NCBI GenBank assembly: GCA_039630545.1
Contig: JBCNUU010000003.1
Coordinates: forward strand, 173,512-237,511
DNA length: 64,000 nucleotides
Origin: Endomicrobiia bacterium
GTDB lineage: Bacteria; Elusimicrobiota; Endomicrobiia; DTEH01
Direction: 5' to 3'
Shown: positions 1 to 11,300 of the stretch, in pieces
How positions within the stretch are numbered: position 1 is the stretch's first letter
How the letters are laid out: each line of letters begins with the position of its first letter
Position numbers and translations under genes: made by a program
The notes under the pieces: generated by a model
Databases searched by the model: none
What the model saw: only the letters and a program-made list of their open reading frames with translations
What the model was told of the DNA's origin: nothing

Positions 1-1
1 T

Positions 2-280
2 TTAGTTTCAAATGACATAAATGAGATTTTATCACACTTAGATGAATCTGGCAAAAATTTAATTTTAAGAATTGCATTTGATGAAAAACCGGATAGTAGT
101 TGTCTTGAAGAAAAATATGAGATTTTATGTTCAGAAATATTAAAGGTGAAATATAAAAACAAATATGAAACATTAAAGTCAATTGTAAAAGAAATGTTAG
201 ACGGAAAACAGAGTTTTAATCTTCATGTTTTTAATGAATTTAAGCAAGTTATAGAAATTTTAAAAGTTCAAAATAAATAA
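2..280 (+). CDS. dnaG: 3' end of a CDS entering the window, probably DNA primase C-terminus
   Basis: Open frame LVSNDINEILSHLDESGKNLILRIAFDEK...ILKVQNK* ending 6 bp before rpoD. Identity rests only on the classic dnaG-rpoD synteny. Confidence 0.55.
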   Translation, partial: LVSNDINEILSHLDESGKNLILRIAFDEKPDSSCLEEKYEILCSEILKVKYKNKYETLKSIVKEMLDGKQSFNLHVFNEFKQVIEILKVQNK

Positions 281-286
281 AAAACT

Positions 287-2005
287 ATGAATGAAAAAGA
301 TAAAATAATAAAAAGATTAGTAGAACAAGCTAAAAAGTATGGTTATTTAACCTATGATGAGATAAATAAAACATTTGATGAGTACGAAATAGAAATTGAC
401 AAAGAAGAGATGGATGACTTTGTTGAGATGTTAAATGGAATTGGTGTAAAGATTATAGATGTTAAAAAGTCAAAAAAATTATTTAGAGATGTATATTTTA
501 CTCAAGAGGATTTAAGCGAAGAAGAGACAATAAAATTATTTATAAATGAAGTAAGTAAAATAGAACCAATTGATAGGAAAAAAGAGATAGAAATTGCTAA
601 AAGCATAAGAGCAAAAGAGATGGAGTTACTTATGTTGGTTTTGAGTTCTACTATAGCTTTGCGAGAAATAAACAACTGGGTTTTATTAGTAAAAAAGAAC
701 GAAATGTCACTTAAAGATCTTATGAAAAGAGGTAGAAAATCAAAGTCAGCTCTGCGTAAAATGAGGAAAAAGTTGATTTCTTCAATAAGAGCTGTAAACA
801 AAATTGCTGAAAAAATTTTGATGCTTCGGAAAAAATTAAATTCAGAGAAAAAAAATTCTTTAGCGTTGAAATACAACAAACAGATAGAAAAACTGAAAAC
901 AAAAATAGCTAATAAAATAATCTCTTTAGAATTAAACAGTGAAAGAATAAAACGTCTAATTAAAAGAACGAAAAATATAACAGAAAAGGTTATTCAACTA
1001 ATAGAAGAAATAAAAAGATATCAAAAAATGTTTCCTATTAGCTTAAAAAATGTAATAAGCTTACACAGAAAGTACAAATTACATAAAGTCTCTTCTAAAG
1101 AATTTGAAAGAATAGTAGGATATACTCCACAAGCAACAGAAACAATTTTAGAAAATTATCATAAAGTTTATTATAAACTTCAACATTATAAAAAAGAAAT
1201 AAATATGTCAGAAGAAGAGATAATTCAGTTAGATTTACAAATCAACCAGTTAAATCAGTCTATAGAAGAAGAAAAAATGAAACTGATTCAAGCAAATTTA
1301 AGCTTAGTTACTACTTTTGCTAAGAAATTTGCTATGTTGACTGGTGCTGATGTAAATGATTTAGTTCAGGAAGGAGCAACAGGACTTGCAAAAGCAGCTG
1401 AAAAATTTGAATGGAAAAAAGGTTATAAGTTCTCCACTTATGCTCATTGGTGGATAAGACAGGCGATAAGTAGATATATGGCTGATTATACCAAGACGAT
1501 AAGGTTGCCTGTTCATATAAGAGAACTTGTTTCAAAAATGATAAAAGTTCATAAAAAAATACAAAATAAATTCTCTTTGGAGCCTTTTGTTTCAATTGAA
1601 GAATACGCTCGTGTGCTTAAAGTTCCGCCTAAAAAAATAATTGATACTTTAACAGTGCTTATTGAGCCAATTTCTTCGCATGCTCCTAAAGGACAAAATG
1701 AAGATGCTACCATACAGGATTTTATTCCTTCTTTAGACAATGAAATACCGTTTAATTATCTTTTACAAAATTATAAACGAGAAATTTTAGAAAAAGCTAT
1801 GGATAAATTTTTAGATGAAAGAGAAAAAGCCATATTAAAGTTAAGATATGGTTTTAATGGTAAAGAATATACATTAGAAGAAGTTGGAAAAATGTTTAAT
1901 ATCACAAGAGAACGTGTAAGACAAATAGAAGCTAAAGCCATAAGAAAACTTCGTTCACCAGAAGCTTTAGAAATGTTGAAAGAGATTTATCCAGTGAGAG
2001 ATTAA
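287..2005 (+). CDS. rpoD: Primary sigma-70 factor (group 1) with large non-conserved region
   Basis: Region 1.1 (KKYGYLTYDEIN), region 2 (DLVQEG..GYKFSTYAHWWIRQAI, TIRLPVH) and region 4.2 (YTLEEVGKMFNITRERVRQIEAKAIRKLR). Confidence 0.95.
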   Translation: MNEKDKIIKRLVEQAKKYGYLTYDEINKTFDEYEIEIDKEEMDDFVEMLNGIGVKIIDVKKSKKLFRDVYFTQEDLSEEETIKLFINEVSKIEPIDRKKEIEIAKSIRAKEMELLMLVLSSTIALREINNWVLLVKKNEMSLKDLMKRGRKSKSALRKMRKKLISSIRAVNKIAEKILMLRKKLNSEKKNSLALKYNKQIEKLKTKIANKIISLELNSERIKRLIKRTKNITEKVIQLIEEIKRYQKMFPISLKNVISLHRKYKLHKVSSKEFERIVGYTPQATETILENYHKVYYKLQHYKKEINMSEEEIIQLDLQINQLNQSIEEEKMKLIQANLSLVTTFAKKFAMLTGADVNDLVQEGATGLAKAAEKFEWKKGYKFSTYAHWWIRQAISRYMADYTKTIRLPVHIRELVSKMIKVHKKIQNKFSLEPFVSIEEYARVLKVPPKKIIDTLTVLIEPISSHAPKGQNEDATIQDFIPSLDNEIPFNYLLQNYKREILEKAMDKFLDEREKAILKLRYGFNGKEYTLEEVGKMFNITRERVRQIEAKAIRKLRSPEALEMLKEIYPVRD

Positions 2006-2042
2006 AATTAAATGTTGAATAAATAAATTTATTTTTATATTA

Positions 2043-2084
2043 AAATAAAAATATTTAAATTCTAAATAAAAATATTTAAATTCT
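2043..2084. repeat. Perfect 21-bp tandem duplication AAATAAAAATATTTAAATTCT x2
   Basis: Identical copies at 2043-2063 and 2064-2084, just before the rplT RBS (AAGGAG). Confidence 0.9.
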
Positions 2085-2102
2085 TGAAAAAAGGAGAAAT
2101 AA

Positions 2103-2483
2103 ATGAGAGTAAAAACAGGAGCATATACTAGAAGAAGAAAAAAAGATTATTTTAAACTGGCAAAAGGATACTATGCAAAACTTGGTAGTGCTTACAGACA
2201 GGTAAAACAGCAGGTTATTCGTTCTTTAAAGTTTCAGTATGTTCACAGGAAAGACAGGAAAGGAGTATTTAGAAGACTATGGATTACAAGAATAAATGCT
2301 GCTGTTAGACAGTTGGGTTTAAAGTATAGTGAGTTTATAAATTTACTTAAAAAAGCCAACATTATTTTAGACAGAAAAGTTCTTGCTTATTTTGCTGCAG
2401 AAGAACCAGAAACTTTTAGATATATTGTTGAGTTTGTAAAAAATTTTTCTAATAAAAATTCAACCCAAAAAGTCCCATCGTGA
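2103..2483 (+). CDS. rplT: 50S ribosomal protein L20
   Basis: [52 protein letters not shown]. Confidence 0.97.
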   Translation: MRVKTGAYTRRRKKDYFKLAKGYYAKLGSAYRQVKQQVIRSLKFQYVHRKDRKGVFRRLWITRINAAVRQLGLKYSEFINLLKKANIILDRKVLAYFAAEEPETFRYIVEFVKNFSNKNSTQKVPS

Positions 2484-2519
2484 GATAGTTTTCAGGAACT
2501 TTTCATGTAATGATTAATT

Positions 2520-3842
2520 ATGAACTCATATTCTTATAAATTTATTATATTATTTTTTGCGATTGTTATTTTTTTAGGAACGATTTTGTTATCTTTGCCT
2601 ATGATGTATAAAAATAAAATTTCTTTCATAGATATATTATTTACAGCTACATCCGCAGTATGTGTTACTGGATTGTCAGTTGTTAACATATCTGAAAAGT
2701 TTAGTTTTTTAGGGCAATTTGTGATATTGATGTTAATACAGATAGGTGGATTAGGATATATGGTTCTGGGAAGTTTAGCGATGGTTTTGTTTGGAAAATT
2801 AACTATTGCTCAAAAAAATATAATTAGTGAATCTCTTAATATAACAGAGTTTAGAACAATTTCTCAAATCACAAAATTAATGAAGAAGGTGGTAATTTTA
2901 ACAGTTATTTTCGAACTAATAGGTTGTGTGATTTTATTCATAAAATTTTATCTATTAGATAAATTCTCGTTTTTTAAGGGGATATGGTTTGCTTTATTTC
3001 ATTCGGTAAGTGCATTTTGTAATGCAGGTTTTAGTTTATTTTCTAATAGTTTTGAAAATTATAAGGGAGATTTTATTATAAACACAATTATTCCATTTTT
3101 GATTATTTCTGGAGGTTTGGGTTTTTTTGTATGGGTTGATATATTAGACAAATTGCGTAAAAAAAAGAGAGAGAGTTTATTTCTTCATACAAAAATTGTT
3201 TTAATTTCTACATTTACTCTTTTGTTATCTGGTTTTATTTTAATTTTTTTATTAAATAATTATATTTATACTATAAACAATTTTCTTTTAAAGGAAAAAA
3301 TTTTTGTAAGTTTTTTCCATTCTGTAACTACAAGAACAGCAGGATTCAATACATTTTCTGTTAGTCAATTTTCGACCCTTACAATTATTATATTTATAAT
3401 TTTTATGTTTATAGGAGCATCTCCAGGAGGAACAGGTGGTGGAATAAAAACTACGACTTTTTTTGTTATAGTAAAAAGCATATATGACTACATAAGAGGA
3501 GAAAAATATGTAAGCTGTTTTAAAAGAACTATAGAAATATCAAATGTTTTAAAAAGTTTTGTGATTTTCTGCGTATGTTTATTTTGGGTTATTTTTATTT
3601 CTTTTTTAATGTATTTAACTAGTGATTTTTCCTATAAAGAAGTAATCTTTGAGACAGTTTCTGCTTTTGGAACTGTAGGGTTATCTTTAGGTATTACCCC
3701 ACAACTTGATAATTATAGTAAAATTTTATTAATAATAACTATGTTATTTGGAAGGGTTGGGAGTCTTGCTTTTTTTTCTATATTGTTTACGAAAGAGCCA
3801 AAAGAAATAAGATATTTAGAAGAGCCAATTTCTGTAGGGTAA
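2520..3842 (+). CDS. ktrB: KtrB/TrkH potassium uptake membrane subunit
   Basis: Four pore-loop motifs: FTATSAVCVTGL, SAFCNAGF, TRTAGF, SAFGTVGLSLG; also GASPGGTGGGIKTTT. Confidence 0.93.
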   Translation: MNSYSYKFIILFFAIVIFLGTILLSLPMMYKNKISFIDILFTATSAVCVTGLSVVNISEKFSFLGQFVILMLIQIGGLGYMVLGSLAMVLFGKLTIAQKNIISESLNITEFRTISQITKLMKKVVILTVIFELIGCVILFIKFYLLDKFSFFKGIWFALFHSVSAFCNAGFSLFSNSFENYKGDFIINTIIPFLIISGGLGFFVWVDILDKLRKKKRESLFLHTKIVLISTFTLLLSGFILIFLLNNYIYTINNFLLKEKIFVSFFHSVTTRTAGFNTFSVSQFSTLTIIIFIIFMFIGASPGGTGGGIKTTTFFVIVKSIYDYIRGEKYVSCFKRTIEISNVLKSFVIFCVCLFWVIFISFLMYLTSDFSYKEVIFETVSAFGTVGLSLGITPQLDNYSKILLIITMLFGRVGSLAFFSILFTKEPKEIRYLEEPISVG

Positions 3843-3848
3843 ATATTT

Positions 3849-4556
3849 ATGGCAAACCATAAACCAAAAACATTTGTAGTAATAGGATTGGGTGTATTTG
3901 GAAGCTATGTGGTTAAATATTTATCCAAATATGGTGCAGAAATAATAGGGATAGATAAAGATGAAAAAAAAGTTGAAGAACTTAAGGAATATTTAAAGGT
4001 TCCAATTGTAGGTGACGCCACAGAAATAAAACAACTTGAAGATGCTGGTGTTTCACCTAAAGATGTGGATGTAGTTATAGTTGCTGTAGGTGAAAGTGTA
4101 GAGGAGAATTTATATATAACTCTGCTACTTAAAGAACTTGATATTAAAAAAATAGTAGCAAGAGCATTAAATACTCAACATGCCAAGATACTTGCTAAGA
4201 TAGGAGTTGACAAAATTGTATTTCCGGAATCAATGGCTGCTGAGAATTTAATAAACAGTTTACTTTCACCATCTATTCTGGAACATTTTAGCTTATCAGA
4301 TGAATACAGTATTGTGGAGGTTATTGCTAGAAAAGAATTTTTTAACAAAACCCTTCAAGAGACAGGTTTAAGGAATAAATATAAAGTTACTGTTTTGGGG
4401 ATAAGAAGGAAGTCCACAATAATAAACGAATCAGGTGAAACAGATTTTAAAGATGACATTTTATTCTTGCCAGGGCCAGAAGAAAAAATTCTTCAAGGAG
4501 ATGTTTTGATAATTATTGGCAAAAACACAGATATTGAGAAGTTTAAAAAAGAATGA
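3849..4556 (+). CDS. ktrA: KtrA/TrkA RCK regulatory subunit
   Basis: VIGLGVFG Rossmann motif, IVARA..HAKILAKIGVDKIVFPE, C-terminal RCK_C; follows ktrB. Confidence 0.92.
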   Translation: MANHKPKTFVVIGLGVFGSYVVKYLSKYGAEIIGIDKDEKKVEELKEYLKVPIVGDATEIKQLEDAGVSPKDVDVVIVAVGESVEENLYITLLLKELDIKKIVARALNTQHAKILAKIGVDKIVFPESMAAENLINSLLSPSILEHFSLSDEYSIVEVIARKEFFNKTLQETGLRNKYKVTVLGIRRKSTIINESGETDFKDDILFLPGPEEKILQGDVLIIIGKNTDIEKFKKE

Positions 4557-4831
4557 AAGAAAAACTTAAAGAAGAACTTTTTGAAACAGGAAAATTCTAT
4601 CTTATCAACAATAGATATGATGAAGCATTAAAAATTTTTGAACAACTTTACAAAGAGAATAAAAATGATCCAGAAATCTTATATCACATAGGATTAGTAA
4701 AAGAAGCACAAAATGAAATAGAAGAAGCAAAAGATATATTTCTTAAAGTATTAGAATTACAACCGAAACATAAGCTGGCTAAAAAACACTTAGATAAACT
4801 TCTTGGCATAAATGATGAAGAATCTGAATGA
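4553..4831 (+). CDS. Small tetratricopeptide-repeat protein
   Basis: TPR patterns G..Y....RYDEAL..F..L....P and EEAKDIFLKVLELQP; ATGA overlap with ktrA. Confidence 0.8.
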   Translation: MKEKLKEELFETGKFYLINNRYDEALKIFEQLYKENKNDPEILYHIGLVKEAQNEIEEAKDIFLKVLELQPKHKLAKKHLDKLLGINDEESE

Positions 4832-5861
4832 AGAATATATTGAAAAGTTAACACAACAATGTTTAGAGGAAATAAACAATGCTACATCTTTACAACAGCT
4901 TGAATCTATAAGAGTAAAATATATTGGCCGCAAAGGCGAATTAAGAAAATTTTTTGAGGAACTTCATAACTTAGATTTAGAAAAAAAAAGACAAATTGGT
5001 TCTCTTCTTAACACATCTATAAGACATATTGAAGAAGAACTTAAAAGTAAAATTACAAAGTTTAAGTCTTCTTTAACAGATTCTTTTAAAGGTGAGTTTG
5101 CTAATCTGGAGATTACATTACCTGGTGTTAAGTTTTCATTGGGGTGTCTTCATCCATTAAATAAAATATACAAAGAAATTATTCAAATATTTTTAAACTT
5201 AGGGTTTAACATAGAAGAAGGCCCAGAAGTTGAGAAGGAAGAATATAATTTTACGCTATTAAATATTCCTGCAGATCATCCCGCAAGGGATATGCAGGAT
5301 ACTTTATACCTATTAGATGAGTTTGAAGAAAAACTTTTACTTAGAACTCATACATCTCCTGTTCAAATAAGGGTAATGCTTTCTAAAAAACCTCCTATAA
5401 AGTCGATAATGCCAGGAAGAGTTTATCGGCATGAAAACCTGGATGCTTCACATCTTTTTAACTTTCATCAAGTAGAAGGTCTTATGGTGGATAAGGGAGT
5501 AAAACTTTCTGATCTCAAAGGTGTGTTAACTTTTTTTGCTAAGAAAATTTTTGGAGAAAATATTCAAAGTAGATTTAGACAGTCATACTTTCCATTTACA
5601 GAACCATCACTTGAAATGGATATTCAGTGTCTTGTTTGTAGAGGTGAGGGCTGCAGTGTATGTAAAAATAGTGGGTTTGTAGAAATTTTAGGATGTGGAA
5701 TGGTTCATCCAAAGGTTTTGGAAAATGTAGGAATAGATTACACCAAATACACAGGTTTTGCTTTCGGTTTAGGAGTTGAAAGAATAGCTATGCTTAAATA
5801 CAAAATAGACGATATAAGACTGTTTTATGAGAATGACTTAAGATTTATAAGACAATTTTAA
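4812..5861 (+). CDS. pheS: Phenylalanine--tRNA ligase alpha subunit
   Basis: HPARDMQDT, LLRTHTSPVQIR, FHQVEG, YFPFTEPS, GFAFGLGVERIAM. Confidence 0.98.
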   Translation: MMKNLNEEYIEKLTQQCLEEINNATSLQQLESIRVKYIGRKGELRKFFEELHNLDLEKKRQIGSLLNTSIRHIEEELKSKITKFKSSLTDSFKGEFANLEITLPGVKFSLGCLHPLNKIYKEIIQIFLNLGFNIEEGPEVEKEEYNFTLLNIPADHPARDMQDTLYLLDEFEEKLLLRTHTSPVQIRVMLSKKPPIKSIMPGRVYRHENLDASHLFNFHQVEGLMVDKGVKLSDLKGVLTFFAKKIFGENIQSRFRQSYFPFTEPSLEMDIQCLVCRGEGCSVCKNSGFVEILGCGMVHPKVLENVGIDYTKYTGFAFGLGVERIAMLKYKIDDIRLFYENDLRFIRQF

Positions 5862-5867
5862 GACTCT

Positions 5868-8303
5868 ATGAAACTCTCATTAAATTGGCTTAAAGAGTTA
5901 ATTGGTAGACAAAACAATATTACTGATCAAGACATAATAGATGCTCTTCCGCAGCTTGGATATGAAGTTGAAGGTATTTACAAATTTGATAAAGAAGTCC
6001 TTTCCAATATAAAAGTAGTTAAAATTCTCAAAGTAGAAAAACATCCCAACGCTGATAAGCTTTCTTTGTGTGAAGTCACAGATGGAAAAAACATATACAA
6101 AGTAGTATGTGGAGCACCAAATGTAACTCAAAATATGATAGCAGCATATGTACCTGCAGGCGGAATTATTGGGGGCGGAGTTGTTGTAAAAAACAAAGAG
6201 ATTCGTGGAGTAGTTTCTGAGGGTATGCTTTGTTCTGCTAAAGAGTTAAAATTATACGAGGATCATAGTGGTATTTTAAGTTTAGATGAGAGTTTTCCTT
6301 TAGGAGAAACACTAGATAAACATTTAGATGATACAGTAATAGAAATCTCTACTCCTGCAAACAGGTATGACTGTCTTGGACATGCAGGAATTGCAAAAGA
6401 ATTAAAAATAAAATTTAATTTAGAAGTTACAGAACACATAAATCCACTTTCATATCTTGAAAATAAAAAACTTCCATTTTTTAATGTTAAAATTTCTTCT
6501 TATGATTTATGTAAAAGATACATAGCCATTAATATGACTTCAATAAATAATAAAGTTAAACTTCCTTTTTTTATTAGATTTAGACTAAATATCTTGGGGT
6601 TAAGAAGCATAAATCCTTTGGTTGATATCTCAAATTATGTGATGCTTGAGGTGGGTCACTCCATTCATATATTTGATGCAAACAAACTTTACGGTGACAA
6701 AATTATAATAAGAAATGCTAAAGAGAAAGAAAAGGTTATAGCACTAGATGGTAAAACATATGAGCTTTCAAGTGATTGTATTGTTATTTCAGACGAGCAG
6801 AAACCAATAGCTATCGGTGGAATAATAGGTGCGGAGAATAGTTGCGTAGAGGATGAGACAACAAACATAGTAATTGAGTCAGCAGTTTTTAACCAGAGTA
6901 AGATACGACTTGCAAGAAAAAATCTTAATATAAACACAGAAGCAAGTTACAGGTTTGAAAGAGGAAGTAGTTTTTTTTTATGTGAATTAGCAGCAGCAAA
7001 AGCATATCAGATGATAGAGAAATACTGTGGGGGTGAAGTTGTAAAATTTGTTGATGAAAAAGATATGGATTATTATAATGAAATAGTTTCTTTTAATACA
7101 AATGGGATAAAAGTAGAGCTAGATTTTTTAGAGTCACTTTTAGGTATAACAGTCGACCCACAAAAATTTATAAATATAGTTCAAAATCTTGGAGGAAAAA
7201 TAAAATTTAATGGAGAAAATATCTTGACCACACGCAGTTTTATAGTAGTTCCTCCGCTTACTCGTCAGGATATTAAATTTCCAGCTGATATAGCAGAAGA
7301 AATAATGAGATTTATTGGTTATGACAAAATACCAGAAACCTTGCCCCATAATATTTTTGAGATCAAAAACAACGCGGATGTATTAAAAGAAAAAATTGTT
7401 ACAATTTTAAGTTCAACATCTTTAAATGAAGTGATAAATTATAGTTTGTGTTCTGCTAAGGATAACGAAGTTGTGCGCAATAATGAAAATTTGAAAATAA
7501 AACTTCTTAATCCTGTCTCAAATGACTACTCGGAATTAAGGTTGTCTTTGTTAAGTGGACTTATAAGAAATTTATTAGTAAATTATAACAATCAAGTGGA
7601 CACAGAGATAGGGTTATTTGAAATTGGTAAAGTTTTTTATAAAGCCGATAAAAAAACAGTTGAAGAAGAAAAAGTTGGTATTCTTATTTATGGAAAAAAA
7701 GAAATTTTATCATGGAAAAAAATAGTCTTAGAATATGATTTTTATTATGCCATTGGTATTATAGAAAAACTGTTTGAAAAATTAAACATTAATTATACTA
7801 AAAATTTATCGTATAAAAGCTCTAAAGAGTATTTATTACTTAATGAAGAATTTTTAAGTAAAATACTTTATTTTTTAAACTCTGAAGAAGAAATTATAGG
7901 ATTTGTTTCAGAACTAAATAAAGAAAAATTTAAATTAAAACTTCCGGGTAGTGTGTTTTATTGTGAAGTAAGTTTAAATAATTTAAGAAAATCCTTTAAA
8001 AAGGATGAGATATTTGATCCTATAGTAAAATTTCCTTGTGTCTTCAGGGATTTATGTATTGTGGTAAACAGAGACATATCTTACCAACAGATAATTAAGA
8101 CGATGTATTCTTGTATAAATAAAGATATTATTTTAGATGTCACTCTTATTGATTACTACCAGAAAGAAAACTTCTTATCTTTAACCTTTTCTTTAAAATT
8201 TCAAAACAAAACTAAAACCTTGACAGATGAGGAAGTGGATTTAATAATTAAAGAAATGCTGGAGAAATTAAGCAAATATGACATAAAACTAAGAGAAAAA
8301 TAA
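5868..8303 (+). CDS. pheT: Phenylalanine--tRNA ligase beta subunit
   Basis: HPNADKL, VCGAPNV, RGVVSEGMLCS, NR.DCLGH.GIA, TEASYRFERG, DIAEEIMRFIGYD, C-terminal anticodon-binding domain. Confidence 0.97.
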   Translation: MKLSLNWLKELIGRQNNITDQDIIDALPQLGYEVEGIYKFDKEVLSNIKVVKILKVEKHPNADKLSLCEVTDGKNIYKVVCGAPNVTQNMIAAYVPAGGIIGGGVVVKNKEIRGVVSEGMLCSAKELKLYEDHSGILSLDESFPLGETLDKHLDDTVIEISTPANRYDCLGHAGIAKELKIKFNLEVTEHINPLSYLENKKLPFFNVKISSYDLCKRYIAINMTSINNKVKLPFFIRFRLNILGLRSINPLVDISNYVMLEVGHSIHIFDANKLYGDKIIIRNAKEKEKVIALDGKTYELSSDCIVISDEQKPIAIGGIIGAENSCVEDETTNIVIESAVFNQSKIRLARKNLNINTEASYRFERGSSFFLCELAAAKAYQMIEKYCGGEVVKFVDEKDMDYYNEIVSFNTNGIKVELDFLESLLGITVDPQKFINIVQNLGGKIKFNGENILTTRSFIVVPPLTRQDIKFPADIAEEIMRFIGYDKIPETLPHNIFEIKNNADVLKEKIVTILSSTSLNEVINYSLCSAKDNEVVRNNENLKIKLLNPVSNDYSELRLSLLSGLIRNLLVNYNNQVDTEIGLFEIGKVFYKADKKTVEEEKVGILIYGKKEILSWKKIVLEYDFYYAIGIIEKLFEKLNINYTKNLSYKSSKEYLLLNEEFLSKILYFLNSEEEIIGFVSELNKEKFKLKLPGSVFYCEVSLNNLRKSFKKDEIFDPIVKFPCVFRDLCIVVNRDISYQQIIKTMYSCINKDIILDVTLIDYYQKENFLSLTFSLKFQNKTKTLTDEEVDLIIKEMLEKLSKYDIKLREK

Positions 8304-8307
8304 CTTT

Positions 8308-11300
8308 ATGTTTTTGAAATTAAAAAAATTTTGGTTCTTAACGGGGTTGATGTACTTTACACAAATACTCTATTCCCTGCCTCAACCGATAACTGATCTT
8401 CAAGTTGTTGAAACTAAATTTAGACAGATAAAAATAAAATGGACTTCTCCTTTATCTGAACAACCTATATTGTATTATCAGATAAGAGTTTCAACATACA
8501 GAGTATTGACTACAGAAGATGACTGGAATAACAACTCTACTGAAACAAGTTATCCTTACATAGTTGAAATAGAAACATATTCCCTGCAGGGACAAACAAT
8601 AAGTTATACTTTTACTAATCTTGAAAATTTTAAAACATACTTTTTTGCAATAAAATCCTCAACTTCTTCAAATAAAGTTCCTCTTTCTTCGATAGACAAC
8701 AATCCCTTTAGACCCTATGCTCAACCTGTAAATCATGCTCCTTACTGGTTAGAAATAGCACCTGTTTGGCCTGCTTATGGAGTATTAGTAACTTCAAACA
8801 ATTTTGTAGGTTTTGACTTTAAAGACGCATATGACGAAGACCTCAACTACGGAGATAGCCTAAAGTATGAACTTTATTATTCTACAAAAGCATCTGCTCT
8901 TTTTGGTTCAACTCCTCCTTTACTTACTGGAGCATATATCGGAAGTGTATTTGGAGTTACTACAAGTTATGTTCAAATTTTAGCTAACAATTTTTCTGAC
9001 AATACAACCTATTATTGGAGAGTTAAAGTAATAGATTATGAAGAAAAATTTAGCTGGTCTATAGATAACTCAGATATCTGTAGGTTTATAATAAATCATA
9101 CTCCAGAAGTTCCTTCTACATTTACACTTATTTTGCCATATTATGGTAAAAAAATCCAAGAAGTTACAGACGGTGTTTTTTTTGACTGGACAGAACCTGC
9201 TGATAACGATCCTTTTGATAGATTTACTTATTCGTTGTACATGTCTTCACAGTCACAAAATTCTGGCTTTTCTTTAGTAGCTGGAGATATTGACTGGTCT
9301 TCTTATACATTAAGTAGTATTTTTGGAAGTAATTGGGTTGAGAATCAGAAGTATTTTTGGTTTGTAAAGGCAAAAGATAGTTATTCTTTGACATCTTATT
9401 CTTTGACTTATTATTTTGTAATAAATTCTTACGAAGAACCTCCTTATAATAATTCTTTAATTACTCCAGGTACTACTGTTTATTTCCCTTTTGATGTTTA
9501 CAATCCGGCTCATGTGCTTTTTACTTTAAAACCTACATTTTATTGGACAGCCTCATCTGATATTGATTTAGAGACAACAATTTATTATCAGTTATTCATA
9601 TCTTCTTTTTCTTCAAATCCAGATGAATTAAATTCTTTATTTTATACAATTTCGCCGATATTTACTACATATTACTATTTATCTCTGGATGTGCTTAAAA
9701 ACAACACAACTTATTACTGGCAGGTAAGAATATGGGATGAACCCTACAGTGGCTATGCAGTTTATTCTTCCAGTCCTTTTTGGTTTTTTACTTGTACAAC
9801 TAACACTCCTCCAAAAGCTGCTATTCTTAAAAAACCTCCTGATAACTTTACTACTTCTTATTTTTATCCAAAATTTGAATGGGATACAGGGAAAGACGAA
9901 GGCTTTAACGCATCCATAAGTTCTCAAGCTTTTATTTTATGGAATAATTTTGAAACAATATATCTGGCGGGACTTTCTAAAAATACAAGCTTTTATATTC
10001 ACTCTGTTGCTTTAAGAAACAACACCACATATTTCTGGCAAGTAATCACCTATGACAACGGCTATCCTCCGCCTCAACTTTCAAGTGGCTCTGCAATTTT
10101 TAGTTTCTATATAAAAAATTCATCACCTTTAGCTTTTAATTTGATTTCTCCTCTTAAAGCACAGATAGTGCAAACTCAAAATATTCAAATTTTCTGGGAG
10201 GAAGCATTAGAACCGGACAGCGAGCCTGTAACCTATAAAGTTATTTATTCTTCAGATAACTTTTTAAGTCTTACTTCTTCTGATGGTATTAAGACTACAA
10301 ATTTTATAATACCCAACTTAAAAGACAATACAACATATTGGTGGTATGTATGTGCTTATGATGTATGGGGGTTTAGAAGTTTTTCTTCAACATTTTACTT
10401 TATAGTTGATAACATATCCCAAAACCCGCTTGGTTTTAATTTAGTTTCGCCACAGAATAATTTTTTAAGTTTGTATCCATCTGTCACATTCTACTGGCAG
10501 TCAACTTCAGATCCGGATCCCTTTGAGAGTGTGTCTTATGAAGTTATTATTTCAACTGAGCTTTCTTTAACTCCTGTATACTTTTCAACAAAAACAGAAA
10601 ACACATATTTTTATGCCGATGAAAAAATACTTAATATAAATACTACATACTACTGGACGGTTGTAGCTATCTCTTCAAGAAGTGGCCAGAGTTTTGCGTC
10701 CAATGGGCCTTTTAAGTTTTCTGTATATAATACAGCTCCTACCAGGCCCATTTTGATTTTTCCTTTAGACAAACAGATAATTACTAAATCTAGTTGTACT
10801 TTAAGTTGGTCAAGATGTGTTGACTTACAGAATGATGAGTTTTATTACGAATTATACATAAGCACCAACAATATAAATTTTGAGAAATTTTATTTAAGCT
10901 CTGTCCAAAACGAATTTCAAGTTAACCTGATAGATGATACTACCTACTGGTGGTATGTGGTAGTGGTAGATACCTTTAACAATAAAAACCACTCAGATAC
11001 TTCTGTCTTTTATACTTCCTACTATAACATAGCGCCTGCAAAGCCAAAAATTCTTCAACCTGTTGATGCACAACTGGTAAATTTACCATATATTATACGC
11101 TGGAGTAGCTGTTCAGATTCAGATATTTTTGATAGGGTAAACTATAGAATAGAAATTTCTACAGATGAAAACTTTTTCTATAAAGTTATAGTTAACTCTC
11201 AACCTCACACCTCGTATCTTTTAGAAGAATTTAAACTTTCTTTTGGAACTTATTATTTAAGAGTAATAGCTTATGATACTTCTATTTATGAAAGTTATTC

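Noticed and set aside
2467..2503. Imperfect hairpin between rplT and ktrB, considered as a c-di-AMP (ydaO) riboswitch
   Set aside because: The gap is only 36 bp and none of the conserved ydaO sequence blocks are present.
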